Assembly (NCBI GenBank): GCA_003971905.1
Contig: RSEE01000074.1
Coordinates: 248,001-312,000, forward strand
Origin: Moniliella sp. 'wahieum'
Lineage: Eukaryota
DNA length: 64,000 nt
Direction: 5' to 3'
Numbering within the stretch: the first letter of the stretch is position 1; the number at the start of each line of letters is the position of its first letter. This document shows positions 26,430 to 38,480 of this stretch, piece after piece. Made by a program: the position numbers and the translations under genes. The notes under the pieces were generated by a model. That model ran no database searches, had not been told where the DNA came from, and saw only the letters and a program-made list of their open reading frames with translations.

Positions 26430-28084
26430 ACCCGACATGGGCGTCTATCCTTTTTTCTCCTTGTTGCAGCATCCGACCGTGTACCAGGGGGCCGGTTGCC
26501 TTTGCATAGGGACCACCTGTCGGGGCGATGATGCGCATGATGGATGGGGCCTTGGGGGAATGGCATCAACAGGCAGTGGCAGAGAGTGGCTGGACAGGCC
26601 CGACCGAAATGCTGGGTGCGATGGAGGTAATCAGTGGCGCGTGTGTGTGATGCATGGCCGGTGATGCGGCGCTCGCATTGGCGCTTGGTGATGCCAGTGA
26701 TGCAGGGGACGTGTGCATGTGAAGCGGACGTGCAGCATATCACATGTGGCGTGGGCACGTGAAGCGCGAGTGTGGGTGAGTGCGCGTGAGGCCTGCGCGG
26801 CTGCAGAGCACCGAGTGATTACTGATCGCGTGCGCGCCTACCTACAGTGTGGACGTGGCGGAACGGCAGCAGTGTGGCGCCCGTGACTGGTGACCGGTGA
26901 CTAGTGACTATTCACTTGTCACGCGTTTCGCCACAGTAGCTGAGCCGCACAGGCACCTCCTGGGCGTGTGCGTGCAGCTATTTAAAGTACGACCAGGCTG
27001 ACTAAGTGCTGCGCTTAAGCACTACGGATGTGCTGATTCATGATGCATGATTAATGATTGTCCTCCGCTGCGCCGAGTGCTGGCTGACCTGCAAGGCACA
27101 AGGGCAGGGGGGGCTGTGGCGCTGTGATAGGGTTTGTGTTCTGCATTGGGGCATGGGGCAGCGCAGTGGAGCAGCCCGGGCAGGGGCACAGTGTGTGGCA
27201 TTGGTTGTGGGCACTGGGCCCGGGTGCGGGTGTCTTGCTCCAGCGCAGCCTGGACCACCACCAGCATCCCGTGTGGCCCCCCTGTGGCTGCAGCTGCAGA
27301 CCTAAGACCGAGGGCGCAGGCCAGGTCAAGCGCACCAGCGCGCTGTGCCTTGCGACGCCCGACAATAATCAAGCTGAGCTTCGCACTCCGTAGCAGGTTG
27401 GGTGCGGCTCAAAGGCTCCACCGCTAAGCTTCAACTTGAAGCTTGAAGCCAAGCTTCTAAGCGCTGCGGCTGAGGCCTGGCCCTGCGGGGCTCAGGGCAA
27501 GGGCTGCGTGCTGCTGCGGCTGGTGCGTCCCTTTGGTTTCTGTTTCCGCGTCTGCTCTGCTTGCTTTGCTCCGCTCTGCCCCTCTAGCTGCTCTTCTTGG
27601 TGGGCTCCACCACCTCAGCCCCTCTCCGTTTCCTTTCTTTTGCCCGGCATGGGCCTTGGCGCCCGTTTTCTGCGCCGCTCCGACGAGCCTTCAAGCGTCT
27701 CCGCCGCCCCCTCTGCTCGTCAGGCGGTCTGGGTCATCGGCGGCCGAAGCCTTAGCCTCCGTCTCTGCCTCCGTTTCTCCGCCCCACAACAAACCACGTC
27801 CCTCCCGTCTTGCCGCTCTCGGCCTCCGCCGCCCCGCCCGCAGGCGCGATAGCGCCGACGACCGTCCTGCTGCCTCTCTCGCCACTCCCGCTCCCGCTCC
27901 CGCTCCCGCATCCTCCGCTCCTCCACTCCTCCCCCACTCAACCTCAGTACCGCCCCTCGTAGTTCTACCATGCCTCCTCCGTTGTTCCCCCCTCGCATCT
28001 ACATGTCTCCCAGCACCACCCCGCCAGCGCTCCCCACCTGCCGCAGCACGCGCGGCTCCCAATCGGTACAAGCGCCTCAGCGCC

Positions 28085-31000
28085 ATGAGCTCCGCCAACG
28101 ACCGTGCCGGCGCGCAGCCAAGCGTCTTTCGCGTCAACTCGATCTTCTCACTGCCCCTCCGCGCCCCATCACCCCTCAGGAGGAGGACGATGGTGCTCAA
28201 GCAGTACGTTTCCCCGCCCTCTCGTCGTCACGTACAACAAACTGACCATGTTTTGCCCCCCACAGGCCGGGGAGACAGATTTGTTCCAGGATTCGGACCT
28301 GCTCCAGGCGGTCCTAGGCCTCAGTTTTGGCGAGTCCGACTTGCCCGATGGCGAGGCCGCTGGCGACCAAGACGATCCCAATTCAAGTCCGCATCCAGCG
28401 CAGCTTAACCTGTTCCCCAATACCAGCACCACCGTTCCTTCTTCCCGTGGTCCGCCGCCTCGCCTCGCTCGATTGGGGCAGCCCATCCAGTCCTCTGGCT
28501 CAACGCAGCATTACAAGTCGCGCGGACCGTCACCCGGATGGAGGGCTCAACTTGTTCGATTCTCTCCCCACCACCTCCACTTCGCTTTGGATCTCCGGCC
28601 TCCGATCCGCACTCTTGGCCCGGGAGGAACTCGATGTCTTCGTCCCGAAGAAGCTGTGAAATGGAGCGCCAAGCACAGAAAGAATCCGAAGAGAAACGGG
28701 CGCTGCATCAGCGGATGAGAAGTTCTACCAATCTCGCTCTCTTTGGTCCTTGGCCGACCAGAACCAGTCGAGTTCGGACTCGGACGTGAGTGAAGACGAT
28801 TATGGTGGCGAGAATGAAGAACAAGCGATGCGAGCTGCATCAATGCCGCCTTCGCCATTGGCGTCTCCCCGCTGGGCGTGCCCTCTCTCCCTGGTCTTGG
28901 AGGGACAGGAGTGGGGCTGGACACAACCCGTTGATGCCTGTCCAGGCCTCCCCGACGCTGACGGGGCTCAGCACACCGTCAAAACGAGCACTGTACAACT
29001 GCACTTTGCTCAAGGTTCACCCGTCCCTTGCCAATGCTGTTCTGTCAACCAACGCTTTTGAGGGGTCCTTCGCTCCAGTTTGGGGGGTGGCAAGCGCTCT
29101 CAGCCGACCACCCCGCTCACTCGGAAGAGTGCCTTGCCTGGAACGTTGTCTCGCACTGCATCGTCCGAAGCTGTATCGGCCATAGGAGCACCGTTGGCCA
29201 AGACAGCTCAAGGGGCTGGGGTGGTCGTTGTGCCGAGCACGGCGGCGCTTGTCTACCCACGCTCGATGAAGCGCCGTGCTTCTCCAAGGCCACGAGTCAA
29301 CCCTTCTTCAACGCGCTGTCTGGGGGTGGCATTGGCGAGGAAAAGAGTGATGCAACGTCTTATACGCCCGCTCTCGCGGGCGCACGATGTTGAATTGGGT
29401 TGGTTCAGACGTACGGATCCGAACTGATACCGTCCCGTTGGTTGCCGAAGCGGTGCAGGGAGAGAGCAACGCCAGAAGCCCACTCGCAGCTCCGGTCGAT
29501 GCCGAAGCGACGGAACGAACAGAGCGCTTCAACGTTGGGCGGCGAGACCTAGCTTTGCCGAGCGCATGTCTGTCTACCTTCCCTATCGCCCTAGTTTGGG
29601 GGGGGGTCCACATCTTGCCCGACGGTTCAGTCCCTGCTGTCGCCCCACAGCCTATCCTCCGGCCACAGTCCCGTTTCGTTCTCTCGTCGTGTGGCTGCCT
29701 GGCTCATGTCCTGTCCCCGAGGTACCCAAAGCGATCACTACCCGGCTCCGCAAAGCCGTACGGCAACGAGAGTGGCGTCCTGGCGCCACCACTTCGCACC
29801 ACCCGCCCCCGCCCAGCCGACCTCACTCCTGCCGAACAAGTGTCGCGCGAATACACCAAGGCTCAGGCGGCCGTGAAGCCGAGCGATTGCAATTGAAGTT
29901 GGCCCAACGTCGCCCAGCACCCTGGAGCAGGAGCGGCCATTCCCACCCACACCCGACGCAAGGGACCCACAATTCCCGTGATACCAGTTGCCTCCTAGTC
30001 AATCTTCGGTCGCTGCATGGTCTAGGGATTAGGCCTGACACTTTGGAAGCCCAGTCTTCCTCTGTTCCTCCTTCCCCGCCTCCCCCCCGTGGGGGGGTAC
30101 GCTGCTGCCTGCCGCTGCTGCCTGGCCGCACGGAGTCAAGCAAAGAAGGCAGCGGCAACCCCCACCACAAGTCCATCGGTGGGCACCATGACGTCTCCTT
30201 CAACCCGGCTTCTTCTGGTCGGCGACGCGGGTGCATCTCCAACGCTGGTTCGGCGGGGGCAGGTTCCAGCAAGCCACCGGCATCCGTCGCCGTTCCTCGC
30301 GACTCGGGGTGCCCTCAACCCGGTAGACTCACCCGAATCGCCAGAGACCCAAACGGGCGCACGGCCACAACAAATTACCCCCATCGTCGTTCAAGCCAGT
30401 TCCTTGGTCCTGGGGAGCTTTCACCGAGCAATGCTCCGCACTCGCGCCCTCCTTCCCGTCCCTCTTCGCGCTCGTCTTCCCGTGCTCCACCGCGCGCGAT
30501 TTCGCGCGAGCGCGCCAACTGCCGTCGAAAGTGGACATAAGCGGCAAGGTTCAGTGCTTCAACGGGCTCAGTGGGCAGTAAGTTGCCCGACCCCTCCACA
30601 CCGGAAGGCGTCGCGTTGGAGCACAAGTTGCAAGCGCTCCAAGCCAACCTACTGCACCAATCTGCCCACCACTTGACCGTCGACCAACCTGCGCCTCAAC
30701 GTAGACAAAGTCTTCGTCCCGCCGGACCCACTTCTACCAACCCCACCAGCCGAAGCTCCTCACCTTCTCCTCTCCTGGCCTCGCGCTCTTCCGACGACCT
30801 GGACGAGTGGAGAACCCCCCGCCAGTCCCTTAGCCGCGCATCCAGCCGCACTCGTCGTGCACCCAGCCCTGGCCCAATTCCCGGTGCCGCCAGCCGGCCG
30901 GCTCGGGAGAACCCAAATGCCCATCGGGCGTCTCTCAGACCAGCCGCCGCGGCGGGCCGAAGCTTTTCAGCAGGCGAAGGGATGCGAATCGCACGTTCGT

Positions 31001-31579
31001 CAGTTTCAATGCCGGCGCCTCGCGCGAGAAGACGTTACCATCTGCCACCTCTCCTCCCACGCGCACCATGAGGATCACCATCTCAAGTCTCCCGCCCACC
31101 AAGGACCGTACTCTACGCTCCCCCGTACCTCGGTCTCTCACACCGACGTGTCGTCGTTGGCGATGCTACCCCAATCCGGTCGGACCTCTGCACCCTCGAC
31201 GCCGGCGCACAGAGGCGGCCACCTACCTTTCTTTTCCCCCGACGAGGTGTCCTCACCATCGCTTCCGCGGAAGGGGAAAAAGGCTCCTCTTCCCCGAGCC
31301 CCCACCCCCGACGCAGCTCGCACCAGCCGGCAGCGCGCGGAGCGCAACCGCATACCACCGTCCCGACTGGATGGTACCCCGCCGCCGTACGGGTACTACA
31401 ACATGGCCCATCCGCTCGTCACGCCCATCCTCGGCGCCGTCCCGCTGCGCCGCCGCCGCCGCAGGGGGGTATGTGCCTCGCCACTAGTCCCTTTTCTCCT
31501 TCGGTTCGCCCACCCGATTTCACTTACCCCATCTATCTTCATTCGCCTGCCCCCATCCTCATGCTCGTATTCCCTTTGA
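28085..31579 (+). CDS. Large Ser/Pro/Arg-rich hypothetical protein (fragmented by indels)
   Basis: GCCATG start (MSSANDRAGAQPSVFRVNSIFSLPL), intron 28204-28265 (GTACGT..ACTGAC..CAG). A chain of overlapping coding-like frames (DLFQDSDLLQAVLGLSF; ALYNCTLLKVHP; ALEHKLQALQANLL). No recognisable domain. End uncertain. Confidence 0.55.
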
Positions 31580-31678
31580 TTGTTTTATCCTCTTGCGAGG
31601 GTCCATAGGTCCCCCCCCACTGCTCCTTTGACGAATTCCTGCTCACGTGCTCGCTCGCTCCCCCCACTGTCCGCTTTT

Positions 31679-31723
31679 GTCTTCCGTCTTCCGTCTTCCG
31701 TCTTCCGTCTTCCGTCTTCCGTC
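31679..31723. repeat. (GTCTTCC)n heptamer tandem repeat, ~6 copies
   Basis: Read directly from the sequence. Confidence 0.95.
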
Positions 31724-32393
31724 CTCCTGCCGCAATGTGCATCTTTTGTGTCCCAGTTGGGTCCCACGTGGTTCGACCCAGCCTGGTTCCGCTGTTTCCC
31801 CTCCCTTCATCTCCCGCACCTGATGGATATCAACATCACTTTTCTTTTGCCCCGTCTCGGGCTTGTCTCCATAATTGTTGTGCGAAGGCGTGGGGCCGAT
31901 GAAGGCAAGGAGTGCTCGGATTTACAAGGGGGGGAAGGAGGGGACACTTGACTTGGATCGGCACAGTACCCTGCGCCTGTCTGTCCCTTGAACTGGCAGA
32001 GAGGAGAGGTGATGCGCTTATTTACCAGTCGCGCTCGTTCGGTCCTTGTCTAGTCCGTGCGGCGGCCACGAATCACAATCAACAATCAACAGTCCACAAT
32101 CCACAATCCACAATCAACTGTGGTCATCCACATCGACAATTGTAGCACCCCTGTTGGTGCCTCGGCTGGCATCCAAGCCGGGGTGAAGATTGAATGGCCG
32201 TCGCAGCCGCACAGAGTGTGCTTGCAAGCCCAGTGATGTGGTAAAGAACGCCCCCTCCAACCTGAGACGTTCGACTGGGGAAGATGCGCCAGTTCAGGTC
32301 GCCACGCTCGTTCCTTCTTCAAGGTGCTTGGGTTCGGTTTGGGGGATGGTGGCCCGGCCAGAGGCTAAACACTCCAGTGCCTTCACCCGTGAT

Positions 32394-32466
32394 GAAGCAT
32401 GGAAGCATGGAAGCATGGAAGCATGGAAGCATGGAAGCATGGAAGCATGGAAGCATGGAAGCATGG
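32394..32466. repeat. (GAAGCATG)n octamer tandem repeat, 9 copies
   Basis: Read directly from the sequence; perfect copies. Confidence 0.97.
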
Positions 32467-32500
32467 TGGTTTTTTGGAAGCCTCCCGTCTGTTTACCCTT

Positions 32501-33146
32501 TTACCGGAGAATGTAGGACATGGCAAACTTTCGGAAGCCCGTGTCATCCATTTTGAGCGGTGTGTCGGCTGACGTGTCGGCTGGCATGTCGGCTGGAAGA
32601 AGGGGGTGCTGCGTCACTGCGTGGGAAACAGGTGGGAAATAGTAGGGGGTGCTAGGGAGGGGTGCCGGGGAGGGTCAGGTGGGAGAGGGCACGGCGCTTC
32701 GTGCGTCGCTCCAGTCTGGCGAGTCGGTTTTCTTCAGTCCGTGCCGCTTCATGAACCGCCGGGCCCACTGGTACCCAACTTTCTTGTTGGATTTGCGCGC
32801 AGCCAGGAGATCGTTGGCCCCTTCAATCACAGTCATCAACAAAGACTCTTGCGTGGGATGGTCCGACGCCCGCACCCACTCCACCAACCCACGCTCGTCC
32901 GTATCAGTGAGCAGCGCACCAGGACCATGCTGGTACAGAGAGGACTGGATGCCCCTCGTGCGACGAAGGAGGGTGGCGTACGTCACGCCCCAACTCCTTG
33001 GCCGCCTTGTGGAACTTGGGTTTGGTAGGATCGAGTTCGTACGCGTACTGCAATGCCAGCTGTACCTTTTTCTCCTTCTGTTCGGCCACGGTGCGTCGCG
33101 CCTCAGCCTGCGGCGGCTGGTCCGGGTTCCGCCGCCCGCGCGGCAT
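32501..33146 (-). mobile_element. pogo/Fot1-type transposase-derived ORF: psq-like HTH plus CENP-B/Tc5 HTH, no intact DDE domain
   Basis: Joining frames across a G-run at ~32988 gives KVQLALQY...FHKAAKELGVTYATLLRRTRG...LLTDTDERGLVEWV...ANDLLAARKSNKKVGYQWARRFMKRH, the typical Fot1/pogo N-terminus. First stop at 32675. A downstream MDDTGF at ~32535-32551 resembles NxDETGF. No TIRs found. Confidence 0.75.
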
Positions 33147-34004
33147 AGCAGAGCGGTCAATTTGACTCGTTCAACGTAGGCGGCAGGCGGAATGAAAGCA
33201 AAAAGAAGATAAGAGGAGACGTGCGGTCTGGCGATCTCTTGTGGGGCGGGGCCAAGCGCGGGCGGATGTGGTGGGGGGTGGGGCGAGTTGGTCCAATCGA
33301 CTGCTAGCCAATAACGCCCCACCCCGTGCTCGGTCCGAACGCGCCGAGGATGCAATAGGCAGCAGAGCTCGGGCAGCAGAATGCAAAGTCCTGTACGCGT
33401 ATGGGGCGAGTGTGCACAGAATTCGCTCGGGCGACGTGGTCGAGGGTCCGACGTCCAATTTGGGCATCCAGACCTGTTTTCTACAACGATTAATGACACG
33501 CCCACATCTAGCTAACTGTACGTGTCAAGGACCCTTCTGACAGGAACTGGCAAGTCAGAGAAGACCGGTGTATATATCTCGCAGGGGGGTAGTATTATAA
33601 GAGGGATCCACTCATTGTATTGCCTGCCCCATCTCCCCCGCACAAAGCAGGGACCAACGATCTCTACAGATCTCAAGCGCAACAAAGTCAAAGTCATCAG
33701 TACTCAGTAAAGCCTAACCTAGTCATCGACATCAATCATCAATGCATCAATCATCGACAGACATCACACATCAGTACATCAGTACTCAGACTGAGTGCGT
33801 CAGCCATCGTTTTGGGGTTGTGGATTCTCATTATATCTCATTCCCAGTGGCAACACCCACCGTTCATAGGGCGTTCCGAAGAGCGATAATCGATAATCGA
33901 GTTGAACGTTGAACGTGTTGAACGTTGAACGTTGAACATTGAACGTACCGAACCTTTAATTCAGACCAAGCCATATTGGTGCAATTGACATGTGACATGT
34001 GACA

Positions 34005-34116
34005 CATGACATGCATGACATTGCGACATGCACGTGCTGTGATACGTACATGTGACGTGATGCATGACATGCATGACATTGCGACATGCACGTGCTGTGA
34101 TACGTACATGTGACGT
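34005..34116. repeat. Tandem duplication, 58-bp period, 2 copies (54 bp identical)
   Basis: CATGACATGCATGACATTGCGACATGCACGTGCTGTGATACGTACATGTGACGT occurs at 34005 and 34063. Confidence 0.95.
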
Positions 34117-37043
34117 ATGTGATACGATACGACGTGTCAAGGTGACCTGTGATGTGGTGCATCAAGTCCCACAGCGCTACACCAAGCACAGTCTGAGTAT
34201 CTGAGAGTCCGAGACCCTCCCGCTGTGCTCTCTCTTCTCTTCAAGCTTCAAGCTTTATTCATCCGTTGATGAGACCTGGAGTCCTGAGCCTGATGGTCCT
34301 CGAGGGCAAAGCAATCGCACTGGTGGTGGTGGTCTAAGCCAACGGAACTTCTAGGCCTAAGGAGGAACTGAAGGGACGGTGGCCAAAAACACACGAGCCA
34401 CCCGATGGCCCTCCATCCTAGACCCAAGTGCACACACAGGAGACCTCAACATCATCAATCATTCAATGCCTCCACAGAGGGCAGGGTCCCACGACCTTTT
34501 GGGACGAACTTGGGGATGGGCGCTGCTCCAGGGCCACAGTCTATGCACTATGACAAAGCATCATATGTGCACCACGGGAACACTCTGTCTGCTCTTCGAA
34601 CATGTCAGTAGGTTCTTACCCCTTATGGGGAGTGCCCCTATAACTCAGACGCTGTTGGATGTGAGCCTCAAGCACTGAAGCTACTGACGCTTGAAGCTTG
34701 AAGGGACGCCAGCAGTTGAAACGGCCTCGGGACTGGCCCAGGGCTCAGGCCTGCTTGAGGCCTGTGAGGCTCAGGTCGGACAGTAGAGAGAGGGTGGCCC
34801 CGGCATCATAGGAAAACTCAAGTTTAACGGCGATTAGCCTGCGTAGGTTCATCGATCATCACTCACATCATACACCCTATTTTTGTTGACAAAGCGGGTG
34901 AAGCTTCTGAAGCCAGAAGCTGCTGGGGACCGCCATGGGTATTTTTGGCCACCTAATTTGTTGACCGTGGTGACCTCAGCCTCACCAGCCTCAGGCCGGC
35001 CTCACCCCTCACCCTGAGGCCTGAGAGGCTCCTCGATCACAATCCTAACGTGCGCGCCTAACGGGAGCGGTGAGTGATGAGAGTGTGAACTGTGCTGCAA
35101 ATTGGTTGATTGATTAATGAAAAACTGAGCCTCGTGTTGGACTTGCGCATCCTAGTTTCGACCTAAGGCCTAAATCCTAAATACTGAGGACTGAGGCTTA
35201 GTCCTCAGGGACTCAAACACTCAGTACTCAGCACTCATTGATCATGATGTACGTGGCGTGCAGATGTAGGTTCTGGGAAGAAGATGAAAACACCGTGTCG
35301 CGACCCGAACAAAAAGCAATGGAATTCAGGCTGAAGCTCTATTGAAGTATCTGAAGACGTTTTTGAACGATGTGCGATGATCGATGGCGTGTACTGAGTT
35401 TTGAGTCTTGAGTTTGAGTTTTGAGTTCTGGGTACGTTGAGTACTGCTGCATCATGAATGAGTACAATGAGTACGAGTACATGTCGAGTACATGAGTACA
35501 AGCAAAAAAAGCTACAAAAAGCTTAAGATTAGTACAGGCCTTAGCCTAAGGTCTAAGATCTAAGCCCAAGGCCGCCTTAGCTTAGGTCCACACTTCGAGA
35601 GGCCTCCCGGCTCACCAGTGCCTCACCAGCCTCACCGGCACCAGCCACCATTCACCGGGCCTCACCGGCATCTGCCCCCACACTACGCAGCTACTGCGCA
35701 CGAAACGACATTGCTGTGATGGCTATACGTCATGCATGATGCATGATGAGTGGATCTCGAGATGCTACAAACTACTAGTTGTATTACCTAGCTGCGTTTG
35801 TTGCTCGTAAACAAGAAGCTAGTTGTTTGTTGCTAGTTATGCATTATGAGTCACACCGGTTACCAGAGCGCGTAGCGCGCGTACAGTTCGTTCCTTACGG
35901 TTATAACCGTCGACGATATCGATCCGATCTCGACCTCTTCAACGGTCGGCTCTCTCACACATCTTCGTTTCACACCAATCCACACCTCTTTGATCATGGA
36001 TCTTTCATCGATCGTACCGCTATGCCGGGAACTGAGAATCTGGGTGGGAAATCTGAGCTAGCCCAGGCTAGCACAAAAGGGTCGATCCCACGTTGCATGA
36101 CCGATATCGATGATCTGAGATCTGAGATTGTGGCTGAGCCTCGGCTTGACGCCTGGCTGGGTCCGACCGGAGCCGACCCGATACTGACCCGTTCCGAGCC
36201 ATGGTCTCAGTCCCCAGCCCTCCCCAGCCGCGGGGTGATTTTCAGGATGAGGATTTAACTCGCACGTGTCACACATGCCAAGCGCAACTACGCGCTACGG
36301 GAGTACTGAACTGGGTAACCAGTAACTAATAGCAACTGTAACTAGGTAAGTCAAATGCCCGTATACACACGTGCTTCCAACGATCTCAGATCTCAGATCT
36401 CAGATCTCAACGTTCACGTTCAACGTACGTTCATATTCTCAACATCCAACTCAAGTACCTCAGTATACTGACGCGTGACGCTTTAGCGACGTTGAGTACT
36501 GAGTAAGGAGTACTGCCTGAGAAATTCAGTAACGGAGTACCGAGTCTCACATGTCAGAACTGAGTATGAGCTGGTTGCACACTACTGACGTACTGATGGC
36601 TTCATCGCCATTTTGCCACCCTCTGTTGTCGATTTGCCATCGTGAGGAGCGGCTGGGCTAGCTACGAGGCCTGGAAGCTTTTGAAGCTTGGATCTGAGAT
36701 ATGAGATCTGCCAAGTTGAACACCACAGAGCTTTCACAAGTCACATTCCATCATATCGCTATCAACCTTCTCACCTTCGCCGTCGCCTCCGTCTTCACAT
36801 TCTTCTCTTCTCTCAACCCCTGCCGCCTGGCCCAGAAGTGCTCCTTACAAGGGTCTACCATTGGGAGTACACTCGATGCAGCTGTAGCTGCCTCACTTGT
36901 CGGTCTCATCTTTCTCTTATTCCATCCGGCAAATACTTGACGCCTCCCCCGCCACAGTCCCCAGTCGTCGAAAGGTCACTTGGATCTCTCGCTACACTCT
37001 CATCGCCCATCACGCACCATATCTGCAAGGGCATACGCCATCG

Positions 37044-38480
37044 ATGTCATCCGCTTCAATTCCCCTTCAGCCCACAACAGATCCACTCAGCCTCCGCGTC
37101 CTCACCCTGCAGGGCTTGGCCGACGAAATCTACCTACTCTCCGCTGCATTGACCAACAACGAGTTCACTTGGCTCGGCAGTTATTCGGATACCCATCTCT
37201 GGGACTGTGCCCTACACTCTCGCCTTGACCCTACTGTTTCCTCACCTACCAGTAGCCCCTCATCGGCCTTGGCCCACGCCCGGTTCAGTGTTTCCCTTGT
37301 CGATCCTGCTGCGGCCCACGTTGTGCTGGTCGTTGTTGTCGAAGTACCTACTGAATCTAGCACTGGCGGCCCTGTCCGTCTCAACCTTTCCATCTCCGCC
37401 CCCGATTTTACCCAACCCCACACCTCGCGCGTCGCCTGGATCGCCGGTTTGCGGTCGGAACTGTGTACCTACGTTGCGGCTCAGACGGAGTCTTACATTA
37501 CTGTTTTGCCAGGTGAAAACTCGGATCCCGTCTGCACGCCTGACCCCGCTCACATCTTTTCCCACCTTGCCACCCGAAGATTGTGGTGGCCAGCTGTTCG
37601 ATCTTTACACCATCCTCCACGATTGGATCAACATCCATCCATTGCCCCTTCCCATATCCAGTTCAAGCCAGCATGAAGTTTGGGATGCAGACTATTCGAG
37701 CCTGGCTGAAGAAATGAAAGGTGTCACACCCATGGCACTACGGGTGCACATGTACCGGCAAATATTTTGGACACATCATCTGCTCTCCAAGGAGGAGCAG
37801 CGCCAACTTGCTTGTTGGGCAGACGAGCTAGGGGTCTGGATCGTGGTCCATCTGGGCCAACCCGGGTTCCTCCTGATTGAAGGCCCCAAAGCCGGGTTTG
37901 CCCAATCCTCCACAACCGATGCCACCTCCCCACCACCCAGTGCAACCGCATCCTCTGCTGGGGCCGGCGCTTTGGAACTCAGTCGACGTATCCGGGCCAT
38001 GCAGTGGGCCAACTTGACCACCAGGCCCCGGACCGAATGGACTTGGTCTGCCATGGCTGATCTGACCTTGCATAAGCTCGGCAACCCAGATATCAGTACT
38101 GCCGAGAACGCTGCACTTCTTGCCTGTCCGCTGGCTCGCTGCCGCACCCATCGAACCAGACCGTGGGTCTCTTCACCATGGCGCCTCCCTTTCTTTCATC
38201 AGAAGACCCGATTCAAGCTTCTTCCGCCTCGGCCTCTTTCTCGGCGGGCAAAGCAAAAAGCGCCAGCGTAGCGTCAGTCCTCTTCCTGCTCTGGAGGGGC
38301 CTGCTCAGTTGCCGAGTATGTTGATACCTGGGATCAATACACGCGCCACCAGGTCAGCCACAAGATTCGGACAAGCATGGTGAAGACGGAAAGTGTCGGC
38401 GATCTTGTTCTTCTTCTTCGCCGTGCTGGTCTGAGCGAACAGGAAATCCTTGACGGCTTGGGCCTATCAGGGGTCCGATC
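37044..38480 (+). CDS. RWD-like plus DUF1115 (RWDD2-like) protein
   Basis: N-terminal LADEIYLLSAAL (RWD-like helix) and LFDLYTILHDWI. RQIFWTHHLLSKEEQRQLACWADELGVWIVVHLGQPGFLLIEG matches the DUF1115 pattern (W..SHHI...A.EL.L.G...G.PG.I..EG). End approximate; frameshifts present. Confidence 0.7.

Noticed and set aside
32490..32512. U5 snRNA loop I (CCTTTTACC)
   Set aside because: It lacks the invariant G and a convincing stem or Sm site, and overlaps the pogo-derived ORF end.
32394..34116. CRISPR-like array
   Set aside because: These are simple tandem repeats without unique spacers, in a eukaryotic context with no cas genes.
36701..36940. Small two-TM ORF (MRSAKLNTT...)
   Set aside because: No recognisable motif. 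The hydrophobicity is explained by the pyrimidine-rich leader of the downstream gene.
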